Below, piece after piece: positions 1 to 13,907 of a stretch of DNA of 64,000 nucleotides. The number at the start of each line of letters is the position of its first letter. Within the stretch, counting starts at the first letter, position 1. The stretch spans positions 9,734,001-9,798,000 of the forward strand of contig CATNEN010000039.1 in the NCBI GenBank assembly GCA_950097015.1, read 5' to 3'. The notes below the pieces were generated by a model. It ran no database searches. It was not told where the DNA came from and saw only the letters and a list, made by a program, of their open reading frames with translations. Made by a program: the position numbers and the translations under genes. The stretch is from Macrostomum hystrix. Lineage: Eukaryota; Animalia; Platyhelminthes.

Positions 1-769
1 GCAGGCCTTCTCTCCTTATCTCTGCTGTCTAATGGCCTAACCCATTGTGTAAAGCTAAGCAATAACATAGCAAAATAAGTAAGCAAACAGACAGCTGAAC
101 TCCATCTGCACAGTGAGATGGCAGGAGTAAGTATTTCGTGTATGTTAAAGTCTCTTTCGCTTAGAATTACAATTAGATCTAGGGGCGCGTTCACGTTAAA
201 TCATGTTTCTACAAATCGGCTACAATATCTATACACAGGTGAAATACTACCCGACACTGTTATGATTGCATCATAATGATAGAATCTGTTATGCATATCT
301 TATCGAATATCTATACAGAACATTTAATACATAACAACACGGAAAAGTTGCAAAATATTTGGATATTTTAATTCGGAAAGGTACAATTATTTTCTTTTAC
401 GAGTATAAACTCATATAATTTAAAAACAACAAACTGAGTCTAAGATGTAGTCAGATTATACTTAATGAGTACCTAATAAAGTACATTCGCTGTACTTGAA
501 TAACATAAGGTGTTAGTTTGCTATCTTGCCACACAGAAGTACAAATTAGTCGCATAAGTATTAAACTTATGCAATTATTATACAAACTGAGTATATAACA
601 ATATAGTCGACTTGTACAATAATTTATCAGATCAGTGTCCAGAGGACTTCAAGATTAAGCAAGAAAATATTCTCAGAGGCCTCTTTACATTTAGAACAGG
701 AAATTGGACTTCCTGTTCTAAATGGTCAGCAAGTTCCTGCATTCAGAATTGGGCTGCCAACACCTGCTG

Positions 770-1310
770 TCTCATCTTCCTGTCTCCTGTCTCATCTCTC
801 TCTTATCTTATCTCTCTCCTGTCTCATCTCTCTCTTATCTTATCTCTCTCCTGTCTTATCTCTCTCTTATCTTATCTCTCTCCTGTCTCATCTCTCTCTT
901 ATCTTATCTCTCTCCTGTCTCATCTCTCTCTTATCTTATCTCTCTCCTGTCTTATCTCTCTCTTATCTTATCTCTCTCCTGTCTCATCTCTCTCTTATCT
1001 TATCTCTCTCCTGTCTCATCTCTCTCTTATCTTATCTCTCTCCTGTCTTATCTCTCTCTTATCTTATCTCTCTCCTGTCTCATCTCTCTCTTATCTTATA
1101 TCTCTCCTGTCTTATCTCTCTCTTATCTTATCTCTCTCCTGTCTCATCTCTCTCTTATCTTATCTCTCTCCTGTCTCATCTCTCTCTTATCTTATCTCTC
1201 TCCTGTCTTATCTCTCTCTTATCTTATCTCTCTCCTGTCTCATCTCTCTCTTATCTTATCTCTCTCCTGTCTCATCTCTCCCCAATCTCATCCTTCTCCT
1301 GTCTCATCTC
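770..1310. repeat. Pyrimidine-rich ~32-bp compound tandem repeat
   Basis: Repeated CTCCTGTCTCATCTCTCTCTTATCTTATCTCT. It explains the S/L-rich ORFs at 612 and 722. Confidence 0.9.
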
Positions 1311-1652
1311 TCCCATCTTATTTCTCTCCTTTCAACTATTTTTCATCGTCTTATCTTTGTCCTATCTAATATCTTTCCTGTCTGTTTTCTCCGTGTCCCA
1401 TCATTACGCTTAGTAATTAAGCTTGACAACCTTGACAATAAAAAAGCATGCTGTCTTTGATATCGTTAAAAAGGCCCCTAAAAAACAGCTAATAAAATTT
1501 ACTAATGTACAAGTAGACAGACTACTGTGGCATAAATTGAAAATTTGTGCACAAAATCTGATTTTTTTCTCTCTGTTTCTCCTGTGTATCCAGTTAATTA
1601 ATTATCGCATCACAATAAATTGCGCGTGTTTAATCTAAACGTGGAGGTCGGA

Positions 1653-4600
1653 TTAGAAATCTTCAGCCCAAGGATTTGTCTCCAGGAAGGTGCCAACAAC
1701 CTCTTTCATAGCCAGATTTGGCACCAGCTGGTCCACAGTTAGCGGCTTCCTGGTGATGGGATCGAAATGGCCAACCCTGTGCAGGTGATCTTCAATGTCA
1801 CGCCGATCATACGTGATGCCGGACGGCGAGATGACCGGATCACGCATCAGATCGAAGCTGATCTTGCCGCAAAGGACTTCGGGAACGTCGCGCTTCTGAC
1901 GCCGGTCGTCAACAGTGGCCAGGAGCTCCGCGAGGCGGGCAGTCATGTCTGCGCAATGCTGGTCCACGGCAGCCAACTCCGAGGCTGTCTGCGCATCGGC
2001 GGCGACGCCGACGGCTCCGGTGGAGGTCGAGGCGGCGGCGGCTTCGATCTCCGAACGGCGTCGCCTTCGATCAGCTTCAATGAGGCCGTTCAGGTAGGTC
2101 TGGAGTTCGATCTCCTGGGCTAGGCGGCGGCGCTCTTGTTGATCGAATTTGGCACGCTTGGCACGGCGCACCTCGGCAGCGATGTCATCGCCAAAGTTCA
2201 AGCCCTGCGGCAGGTGGATGTGACAGTTAAATCATATATTTATCCCAAGATCCAATCTTCACTTTTATATCCAGATCCTATTCTTCATTCTTCCCAGATC
2301 CTATCCTTCCTTTATCCCAGATCCCATCCATTAATTATATAGTATCCCATCATTCATTTATCCCAAATCTTATCCTTCATTTATCCTAACTTCCATCATT
2401 TATTTATGCCAAATCTTATCCTTCATTTATCCCAGATCTTATCCCTCATTTACCCCAGATCTTATCCCTCATTTACGCCAGATCTTATCCCTCATTTACC
2501 CCAGATCTTATCCTTTTTTATCCCAAATCCTATCATTTATTTATCCCCAATCCTATCCTTGATTTATCCCAGATCTTATCCTTCATTTATCCCAAATCCT
2601 ATCCTTCATTTATCCTAAATTCTATCCTTTAGTTATCTCAAATCCTATCATTAATTTATCCCAAATCCTATCCTTCATTTATCCCAAATCCTATCCTTTA
2701 TTCACCCTAGATCTCATTCTTAATTTCTGGTGACTCCTGTGCACACACGTACACAGTGCACATCGCTCACGTGTGTAACTCTGCCCTGACTTTCTCAGCG
2801 TCAGAGGCAAGCGCGTTAGACAGCTCTGCCACTCACTGCACCCTCTGCATATGCGCCGCATTCCAAATGGAAATGTATCGAAAGGATAAATACAGGGCTG
2901 GTTAGCTACTCGTAATAGCTTTTTTTCGTATCGAAATAAAAAAATCGAGATCGTTATTTTGTTCGTGGGAATAATGACTAAAGAATAATGACTAAAGACC
3001 TGTACTGTAGGGATAATGACTAAAGACCTGTACTGTAGGAATAATGACTAAAGACCTGTACTGTAGGAATAATGACTAAAGACCTGTACTGTAGGAATAA
3101 TGACTAAAGATCTGTACTGTAGGGATAATGACTAAAGACTTGTACTGTATGGATAATGACTAAAGACCTGTACTGTAGGAATAATGACTAAAGATCTGTA
3201 CTGTATGGATAATGACTAAAGACCTGTACTGTAGGAATAATGACTAAAGATCTGTACTGTAGGGATAATGACTAAAGACTTGTACTGTATGGATAATGAC
3301 TAAAGACCTGTACTGTAGGAATAATGACTAAAGATCTGTACTGTAGGGATAATGACTAAAGACCTGTACTGTAGGGATAATGACTAAAGACCTGTACTGT
3401 AGGGAAAATGACTAAAGACCTGTACTGTAGGGATAATGACTAAAGACCTATACTGTAGGGATAATGACTAAAGATCTGTACTGTATGGATAATGACTAAA
3501 GACCTGTTCTGTATGAATAATGACTAAAGATCTGTATTGTAGGGATAGTGACTAAAGATCTGTTCTGTAGGTATTTAATGACTAAAGACCTGTTCTGTAG
3601 GGATAATGACTAAAGATCTGTACTGTAGGAATAATGACTAAAGACCTGTACTGTATGGATAATGACTAAAGACCTGTACTGTAGGGATAATGACTAAAGA
3701 CCTGTACTGTAGGGATAATGACTAAAGACCTGTACTGTAGGGATAATGACTAAAGACCTGTACTGTAGGGAAAATGACTAAAGACCTGTACTGTAGGGAT
3801 AATGACTAAAGACCTATACTGTAGGGATAATGACTAAAGATCTGTACTGTATGGATAATGACTAAAGACCTATACTGTAGGGATAATGACTAAAGACCTG
3901 TACTGTATGGATAATGACTAAAGACCTGTACTGTAGGGATAATGACTAAAGATCTGTACTGTATGGATAATGACTAAAGACCTATACTGTAGGGATAATG
4001 ACTAAAGACCTGTACTGTATGGATAATGACTAAAGACCTGTACTGTAGGGATAATGACTAAAGATCTGTACTGTATGGATAATGACTAAAGACCTGTACT
4101 GTATGGATAATGACTAAAGACCTGTACTGTAGGGAAAATGACTAAAGACCTGTACTGTAGGGATAATGACTAAAGACCTATACTGTAGGGATAATGACTA
4201 AAGATCTGTACTGTATGGATAATGACTAAAGACCTATACTGTAGGGATAATGACTAAAGACCTGTACTGTATGGATAATGACTAAAGACCTGTACTGTAG
4301 GGATAATGACTAAAGATCTGTACTGTATGGATAATGACTAAAGACCTATACTGTAGGGATAATGACTAAAGACCTGTACTGTATGGATAATGACTAAAGA
4401 TCTGTACTGTATGGATAATGACTAAAGACCTGTTCTGTATGAATAATGACTAAAGATCTGTATTGTAGGGATAATGACTAAAGACCTGTTCTGTATGAAT
4501 AATGACTAAAGATCTGTATTGTAGGGATAGTGACTAAAGACCTGTTCTGTATGAATAATGACTAAAGACCTGTTCTGTAGGGATAGTGACTAAAGATCTG

Positions 4601-7600
4601 TTCTGTAGGTATAATGACTAAAGATCTGTACTGTATGGATAATGACTAAAGATCTGCACTGTATGGATAATGACTAAAGACCTGTTCTGTATGAATAATG
4701 ACTAAAGATCTGTATTGTAGGGATAGTGACTAAAGATCTGTTCTGTAGGTATAATGACTAAAGACCTGTTCTGTAGGGAAAATGACTAAAGACCTGTACT
4801 GTAGGGATAATGACTAAAGACCTATACTGTAGGGATAATGACTAAAGATCTGTACTGTATGGATAATGACTAAAGATCTGTACTGTATGGATAATGACTA
4901 AAGACCTGTACTGTATGGATAATGACTAAAGACCTGTTCTGTATGAATAATGACTAAAGATCTGTACTGTATGGATAATGACTAAAGATCTGTACTGTAT
5001 GGATAATGACTAAAGACCTGTTCTGTATGAATAATGACTAAAGATCTGTATTGTAGGGATAATGACTAAAGACCTGTTCTGTATGAATAATGACTAAAGA
5101 TCTGTATTGTAGGGATAGTGACTAAAGACCTGTTCTGTATGAATAATGACTAAAGACCTGTTCTGTAGGGATAGTGACTAAAGATCTGTTCTGTAGGTAT
5201 AATGACTAAAGACCTGTTCTGTAGGGATAATGACTAAAGATCTGTTGGCATAATGACTAAAGACCTGTACTGTAGGAATAATGACTAAAGACCTGTACTG
5301 TAGGAATAATGACTAAAGATCTGTACTGTAGGGATAATGACTAAAGACCTGTACTGTATGGATTAATGACTAAAGATCTGTACTGTATGGATAATGACTA
5401 AAGACCTGTACTGTATGGATAATGACTAAAGATCTGTACTGTATGGATTAATGACTAAAGACCTGTACTGTATGGATAATGACTAAAGATCTGTACTGTA
5501 TGGATAATGACTAAAGACCTGTACTGTAGGAATAATGACTAAAGATCTGTACTGTAGGGATAATGACTAAAGACCTGTACTGTATGGATAATGACTAAAG
5601 ATCTGTACTGTATGGATAATGACTAAAGACCTGTACTGTATGGATAATGACTAAAGATCTGTATTGTAGTGATAGTGACTAAAGATCTGTTCTGTAGGTA
5701 TAATGACTAAAGACCTGTTCTGTAGGGATAATGACTAAAGATCTGTACTGTAGGAATAATGACTAAAGACCTGTACTGTATGGATAATGACTAAAGACCT
5801 GTACTGTATGGATAATGACTAAAGATCTGTACTGTAGGAATAATGACTAAAGACCTGTACTGTATGGATAATGACTAAAGATCTGTACTGTAGGGATAAT
5901 GACTAAAGACCTGTACTGTATGGATAATGACTAAAGATCTGTACTGTATGGATAATGACTAAAGACCTGTACTGTATGGATAATGACTAAAGATCTGTAT
6001 TGTAGTGATAGTGACTAAAGATCTGTTCTGTAGGTATAATGACTAAAGACCTGTTCTGTAGGGATAATGACTAAAGATCTGTACTGTAGGAATAATGACT
6101 AAAGACCTGTACTGTATGGATAATGACTAAAGACCTGTACTGTAGGGATAATGACTAAAGACCTGTACTGTAGGGATAATGACTAAAGACCTGTACTGTA
6201 GGGATAATGACTAAAGACCTGTACTGTAGGGAAAATGACTAAAGACCTGTACTGTAGGGATAATGACTAAAGACCTGTTCTGTATGAATAATGACTAAAG
6301 ATCTGTACTGTATGGATAATGACTAAAGACCTATACTGTAGGGATAATGACTAAAGATCTGTACTGTATGGATAATGACTAAAGATCTGTACTGTATGGA
6401 TAATGACTAAAGACCTGTTCTGTATGAATAATGACTAAAGATCTGTACTGTATGGATAATGACTAAAGATCTGTACTGTATGGATAATGACTAAAGACCT
6501 GTTCTGTATGAATAATGACTAAAGATCTGTATTGTAGGGATAATGACTAAAGACCTGTTCTGTATGAATAATGACTAAAGATCTGTATTGTAGGGATAGT
6601 GACTAAAGACCTGTTCTGTATGAATAATGACTAAAGACCTGTTCTGTAGGTATAATGACTAAAGACCTGTTCTGTAGGGATAATGACTAAAGATCTGTTG
6701 GCATAATGACTAAAGACCTGTACTGTAGGAATAATGACTAAAGACCTGTACTGTAGGAATAATGACTAAAGATCTGTACTGTAGGGATAATGACTAAAGA
6801 CCTGTACTGTATGGATTAATGACTAAAGATCTGTACTGTATGGATAATGACTAAAGACCTGTACTGTATGGATAATGACTAAAGATCTGTACTGTATGGA
6901 TTAATGACTAAAGACCTGTACTGTATGGATAATGACTAAAGATCTGTACTGTATGGATAATGACTAAAGACCTGTACTGTAGGAATAATGACTAAAGATC
7001 TGTACTGTAGGGATAATGACTAAAGACCTGTACTGTATGGATAATGACTAAAGATCTGTACTGTATGGATAATGACTAAAGACCTGTACTGTATGGATAA
7101 TGACTAAAGACCTGTACTGTATGGATAATGACTAAAGACCTGTACTGTAGGGATAATGACTAAAGATCTGTACTGTAGGAATAATGACTAAAGACCTGTA
7201 CTGTATGGATAATGACTAAAGACCTGTACTGTAGGGATAATGACTAAAGACCTGTACTGTAGGGATAATGACTAAAGACCTGTACTGTAGGGATAATGAC
7301 TAAAGACCTGTTCTGTAGGGATAATGACTAAAGATCTGTACTGTAGGAATAATGACTAAAGACCTGTACTGTATGGATAATGACTAAAGATCTGTATTGT
7401 AGTGATAGTGACTAAAGATCTGTTCTGTAGGTATAATGACTAAAGACCTGTTCTGTAGGGATAATGACTAAAGATCTGTACTGTAGGAATAATGACTAAA
7501 GACCTGTACTGTATGGATAATGACTAAAGACCTGTACTGTAGGGATAATGACTAAAGACCTGTACTGTAGGGATAATGACTAAAGACCTGTACTGTAGGG

Positions 7601-9001
7601 ATAATGACTAAAGACCTGTACTGTAGGGATAATGACTAAAGATCTGTACTGTAGGAATAATGACTAAAGACCTGTACTGTATGGATAATGACTAAAGACC
7701 TGTACTGTAGGGATAATGACTAAAGACCTGTACTGTAGGGATAATGACTAAAGACCTGTACTGTAGGGATAATGACTAAAGACCTGTACTGTAGGGATAA
7801 TGACTAAAGACCTGTACTGTAGGGAAAATGACTAAAGACCTGTACTGTAGGGATAATGACTAAAGACCTATACTGTAGGGATAATGACTAAAGATCTGTA
7901 CTGTATGGATAATGACTAAAGATCTGCACTGTATGGATAATGACTAAAGACCTGTTCTGTATGAATAATGACTAAAGATCTGTATTGTAGGGATAGTGAC
8001 TAAAGATCTGTTCTGTAGGTATAATGACTAAAGACCTGTTCTGTAGGGAAAATGACTAAAGACCTGTACTGTAGGGATAATGACTAAAGACCTGTTCTGT
8101 ATGGATAATGACTAAAGACCTGTACTGTATGGATAATGACTAAAGACCTGTTCTGTATGAATAATGACTAAAGATCTGTACTGTATGGATAATGACTAAA
8201 GACCTGTACTGTATGAATAATGACTAAAGATCTGTACTGTATGGATAATGACTAAAGACCTGTTCTGTATGAATAATGACTAAAGATCTGTACTGTATGG
8301 ATAATGACTAAAGACCTGTTCTGTATGAATAATGACTAAAGATCTGTATTGTAGGGATAATGACTAAAGACCTGTTCTGTATGAATAATGACTAAAGATC
8401 TGTATTGTAGGGATAGTGACTAAAGACCTGTTCTGTATGAATAATGACTAAAGACCTGTTCTGTAGGGATAGTGACTAAAGATCTGTTCTGTAGGTATAA
8501 TGACTAAAGACCTGTTCTGTAGGGATAATGACTAAAGATCTGTTGGCATAATGACTAAAATTCCATATTAATAATGAGAATAATGAACAAAGATCAATGA
8601 AGGCTTATGACCAAATCCCACAGTAGTCTGCGTCGACACTGTCCAGGTCATGCAACAGATAGGCAAACACTTACCTGCTCCCTAGCCTGATCGTGCGCCT
8701 TGCTCAGGTGCATAACAGCATCATCGAATCTTTGCAGCTCAGTGAGGGCCATTCCAAGAAAGAAATGACCCTTCACACTGCGGCCATCCAGTTCAATAGC
8801 CCGCCTGCTGTCGTCAATTGAACGCTCCCAGTCCTTCAGTTTAATGTGACAGATGGCTCGATTAGAATAGAATTTGGACACTCTGGGAGACTTTTCAATG
8901 GCCGATGTGTAACAGGCGATGGCCTCCTTGTAGCGACCCAATGCGAATAGTCGATTGCCATTCTCTTTAAGTTCGTTCGGCGTCTTTTTACTGTTGTCCA
9001 T
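1653..9001 (-). CDS. STUB1: CHIP/STUB1-like TPR + U-box E3 ubiquitin ligase (Hsp70/Hsp90 co-chaperone), ~292 aa, 2 exons
   Basis: Exon 1 9001-8675 ([19 protein letters not shown]...[10 protein letters not shown]...SVKGHFFLG...AREQ, three TPRs; donor CAG|GTAAGT). Exon 2 2204-1653 (acceptor CCGCAG|GGC; GLNFGDDI...[45 protein letters not shown]...PNLAMKEVV...WAEDF*). The phase-0 join gives [12 protein letters not shown], matching CHIP AKEQ-RLNFGDDI. Confidence 0.96.
2237..2720. repeat. Degenerate ~23-24-bp tandem repeat at the 3' end of the STUB1 intron
   Basis: Repeated TTTATCCCAA/GATCC/TTATCCTTCA. Confidence 0.85.
2968..8559. repeat. 28-bp minisatellite, ~200 copies, in the STUB1 intron
   Basis: Unit ATAATGACTAAAGACCTGTACTGTAGGG (starts at 3013 and 3041 give period 28), with a small set of recurring variants. 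Confidence 0.98.
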
Positions 9002-12000
9002 TAGATTAGTCTGAACAGCTGCAATTGTACTGCAATTGCAATATTACTGCAATTTGACAGTCTATTTTGAGACTGAGAATTTTAGTTCTTAGTTCAACAG
9101 TCATTAACAGTTGGACTACCAAGCCATTTTGCCGCCTTTTTTATACCAAGGGGGGAAATTACCACCCCTGTAAATTTTTTGGCAGCGCCTTTAATGCTAA
9201 CAGCGTTGGGTGGTGACTGATTGATTGAAAGACTAGGCGATGGTATACTGTGGTTGAGTATTTTGGCTTAAGCAGTGAAATCTGTGAAATTCGCGTCAGG
9301 GTATCCGTTGTGGCCTTGTTCCACCTGTTGAAGCCCTTGAAGGTCCAGCAAATCCATCTAGAAAAAGTTAGGTGACCACTGAAGACAGATGATGCAGGCA
9401 CATTTGGCTGATGTGCTGATAAATTTTGAAGCCTTGGCAAGGTGGCACTGATAGCAGTGCTAATTCTTGTATAGGGGTGTATCAGATACACTATTGCTAA
9501 TGGGAAAAACCTGACCTTCGGCCAGAACCATTGAATATCTTGACAGTCTGAAGAGCTGGTGAGTTGATTCTTGTTTCAGAAGATGCGCAACAAAAAGTTG
9601 GCCATGTTCTTGAGTTTTATGTGCTTGCATTGCTCTGTTCGGGTGCAGCACAAAAAAACTGTTAAGAGGAATATTTTAGCTCAATTGCTACTTACAGATT
9701 TCAAATTTACAGATTTTGAAATCTGAACAAAAAGGTCTGGAGTTTGATTTTCTCGATTTTCCAAGGGAAAATATTGCCTATTTGAGAATTTTTTGCTTCT
9801 AGTTTTTAGTTTAACAAAATACAAAACATACACATAAGAGGTTTAGAAACATTCTAAGCTATGGACTACAATATAACAATATTACAATAATATACTATAG
9901 TTTTATTATAGTTTTAAAGTAAAATCAAGATTTAAAGCAGCTATTGTAGCTATTGTGACACATGTATGATAAAACTAGATAATTTTTTGTGAAAAAATAC
10001 ATGTTAGTATTTAATGTTTCAAATATTTTCACTTAAAATATTTAAAAGACTTGTTATCAAGGTTGTCAAATACTTGTACTATTATAAAAAACGAAATATC
10101 ATAAATTGATATTGAAATATTTGTTAAACTGATCAAGAAAAAGAATACAAAAAATAAATATGAGCTATTAGCAATGTGCCATTGTTTACATATCTGTTAA
10201 CCTTTCTTAAGAATAAGCAGATGAGAAAAATTACTCATCCTACAAACTTATGAATGATATAACTTAAGAAATAAAGTCTTAAATATAACATTAAATTTTT
10301 TTTAAACATTTAAAATCATCTTACATAGCAAATGAAAGTGAAATAGTTAAAGCTATCTGTTTGGTGGAACTGAAATATATATGCTTTCCAATAATACCTA
10401 CATCTGACACTGCTTAGGGTTGAGACTATCTGTTGCTATTGAAAATCTAACCAAATTAATTTTTTTCCCCAGAAACTAGTAAAACTTCCTCTATTTTTTT
10501 CACTAAACTTTGCTAAAAGTGGTCCTGGTGATACCTAAATTGTATTACCATAGGTGTCAAGTACAGTTCTATTTTTAATTATTTTGATTTTAGAAAGAAA
10601 ATGTATTATTATTTCTAAGAAATATATATTTTAAGAGACCTCAATTTATATAAATTTGTTATACTGTGTGATCCTTTTGAAAACCACAGAGGTGTAGTGT
10701 ATTCAGTAAAGACCAATATATTTGTTGTAGAACAAGGCACAAGCAGCAAAAGATATAACCCAATTCAAAAAGCTATATCTTATTTACACATATTTACAAA
10801 AATTATTTACATATGAGGATGGAAGCAATATATAAATCCATGCAACTTGTCCAAAAACTACAAGTTAAAAAATCAATGATCCTTTCCTTCAGCAGTTTGC
10901 AGATTAATGACTAAATGCAGATTTGCAAATACTTCAATTAAAACCCTGAGACCTCATGACAATTACAGTTAGCATACAAAAAAGAATTTTCTAAACAGAA
11001 TTTACTTAGTTACTTACTTGACCTACTTAAACTTAGTTAAAGACAATAAAGCAGATGTCTTTCTATGAAAGAAATTGTCTTTCTATGAAAGACATCTGCT
11101 TCCTAAGTTTCAGAGAAACTTAGGAAGTTTCAGGGGAAAAAATGGCCCTTCACATTGTCCAAATTCCATTATATCAAGTAAAAAAACATACAAAAACATA
11201 GTAACTCAATGACCTTTGAGTCAAGTGAACACTAAAAAAATTGATTTGAGGACAGGGACAGGCCAAGTATATTCTTATTAGCTGTCTTGTCTTATGTATT
11301 ATCTAGTTCTGCAGGGGGTTTGGGGGGCGGCAGACTCCGCCCCCCTTACGTGCCAACTGCGCCAAACCCCCTGAAGGACCAATGCTCATTGGAAAGACTG
11401 ACATCCTTGTGAAGTTGTGTCTAATCACAAAACGGAGCTCTAGGCAGACCAGTCTATTCTTGATAGGGGCTACCTATCGTATCAAGTATAGCCTACAGAA
11501 TAGCCTACCTAGTGAAGGATTAATCCTATACATAATGGCCAAATATAAAGACATTAAAGGCCAGTCTTTCTATTCCTAAAATGGATGTAACTTTTTCATA
11601 CTAGGCCTACATTTAGAAAGATTTAAATGGTAAACAGTGGGCCTAACTATTTTGCTTCAGGCCTAGAGTCTAAAATAGCTGAGCTTGCCAACAAAGAATA
11701 GGTCTGTAGGGTAGGCCTATAGACACAAAAGGCCTACTAAACACAAAGTACAAATCAGGGAGTTGCTTTTACTAACAAGAGTAAAAGTAATTTCAATACC
11801 AACATTCACAAGTGGTTAGTAAGTGCTCAAGCATTTCCTCTAACAATTTTTCAGGATTGATAACTTTTTATTTAAATTCAACAAAATCTAATTTATTGTC
11901 TGTATGCTACCAAAGCAAAAATAAACTGAATGTCTAGAATGAAGACTAGGCCTATGGCTATAGGCCCTACCGTAGCTGGATATCTACAATAGGCCTAGCG

Positions 12001-13160
12001 AAAAATGTTGCAGCAGGCCTAGAGCTATAGAATAGTAGCCTAAGCGACATTCCTTTTTACTTGACATTCCTCTTTTATTTTTTGTTATACGTGCAATGGC
12101 ATCTATTTGCCAAGCTTCTTAAGCATAGCACAATCAGCTCAGAATACATTGCTGTCCCCGATATCCGTATTGTCTTTGTGTTACCTAATTACAATGGCAA
12201 AATTCATGAACGTTACGAATACGAAAAACCACTTCAGTACCTCTCTTTAAGACAAAGTAATAAAGTTTTATCGTGAAATTGTTTTCGTTTTAATCACTTC
12301 AGATGGCTTTTAGTTCACAAACCGCTATTGTTTGTTTTAAATTTGCGCCACGATAAAATGAAACTTTTTTATTTTCATATTCTAAGAATGGCAAAGCAAA
12401 ATATATATAAAGTACGTGTTGCAGACTCGCACTGTTTTTAAACTTCTATGTACCTGGTAATCTTTGTTTTCAATCGTCGTTAACCATGACCACAACTCAG
12501 CCAGAAATTCTAGAGATTTATTATGTTGCCTTAATAATCTTGCGAATCTGAAAATGCCGAAATTATAACTTTGTGTTGACTTATGCACCGCATACAGATA
12601 CAGTCGCAATTTTTTTAAACGTTAACTCATAAATTTGTGGCGCAAGAAGTTCCTCTGCCCCTACTTCTGGCGTTTTCTGCTTTGAATTATGGAGCAGTAA
12701 CCGCGGTAGTTCTGTTTCTAGTTTTGACCTTTTCAATATCCCTAGCTTTTATCCTTGTAATTCCAGTTCTTTTATTCTGCACAGATTAGAGTTTAATGAA
12801 CTCTAATGCACAAGCTGAAATATAATAACATACAATAATACAATACAAAGACGGAATCATACTTATGCGGTTAGGGCTCTATTTGATAGGAGCAGTGAAT
12901 TTATAGGTGTCATTAATTTTCCAATTTCAGGAGCTTAGCAAATTAATTGTTAAGCTTGTCGGAAAAAGTTTTGCTCCTGTCTCACAACTAGGCCTAGCTA
13001 GTCAGAAAAAAACTTTGTGTCAGAGAGTTCTAGAAATAGAATGTTAATATCAACTATTGCTAGTGGGTTGCAACTTAAATCTTCTGTTTTGGAGCTTCAA
13101 GCCTAATATTGAAATAATGATTGGTGCACATTTTATGCAAATTTTATTTGGTTAGTTTAT

Positions 13161-13356
13161 AGCTTAGAAACTTTGTCTGACTCAGAATATTCCAACAGTT
13201 ATTCCGACTTAAAAGTCAATTTTTTAAATACACGCTTAGGCAGTTATTCCGACTTGAAATTACATCTACATGCATACATCTAATAACCTCTCAGACAGTT
13301 ATTCAGACTCAAAATTAACTGTCAGAATATTCCGAGTCGGACAAAGTTTCTAAGCT
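13161..13356. mobile_element. MITE, 196 bp, ~32-bp TIRs, 9-bp TSD (Mutator-like signature)
   Basis: Left AGCTTAGAAACTTTGTCTGACTCAGAATATTC versus the reverse complement of the right end, AGCTTAGAAACTTTGTCCGACTCGGAATATTC (30/32). TTAGTTTAT is duplicated at 13152-13160 and 13357-13365. Internal CAGTTATTCCGACTT repeats. Confidence 0.85.
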
Positions 13357-13907
13357 TTAGTTTATACTGAATACAGTAATTGTATTGGAAATCTAAACAT
13401 TTAGGACTAGCTTAGTATGATTAGATTGCTGCAAGCTACACATTTAGTTACTCAAATAAGCAAGCTAATTATTTCACAATATGTAGGTCTACTTAATTAG
13501 CTAATTACTTATTATTGTTATTATAATTTTTGTTTAATTATAATATAATTCTCTGATCAGTTTTGCAAAATTTTGTATCTGCAAACAAAAAGTAAGCCTA
13601 CATTAGAGTTCTTAATCTTAGTTATTTTAGATTTTTGTTAATATATATAATATAACTTCATTTTTATCCCATTGTAAGATTTCTTTTTTTATAGCTGGGT
13701 CCAGGTCATGTTCTTTATAATTCATTTTCATATTACATATTTTTCTCAATCTTATGCTATGACATTTTTTGTCTAGCCAATATTATAGCTTTTTAGGTTA
13801 AACAGGGTTTAGAAACAAAGCTGTTCTTTTATAAATTTGCTTCAAATTAATTGCAGATCTTGCCTCAATCTTTGTTATCTGGTTTCAGTAGTAAATTTTC
13901 TGCAAAG

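Noticed and set aside
100-135. ATG GCA GGA|GTAAGT possible first exon at the window start
   Set aside because: No convincing downstream exon or protein similarity found.
612-1460. S/L-rich ORFs at 612 and 722
   Set aside because: Products of a CT-rich tandem repeat.
9159-9651. ORFs upstream of STUB1; WTFKGFNRWNKA faintly recalls hAT/ZMYM-type transposase N-termini
   Set aside because: A single short motif with multiple stops in every frame; not supportable without a search.
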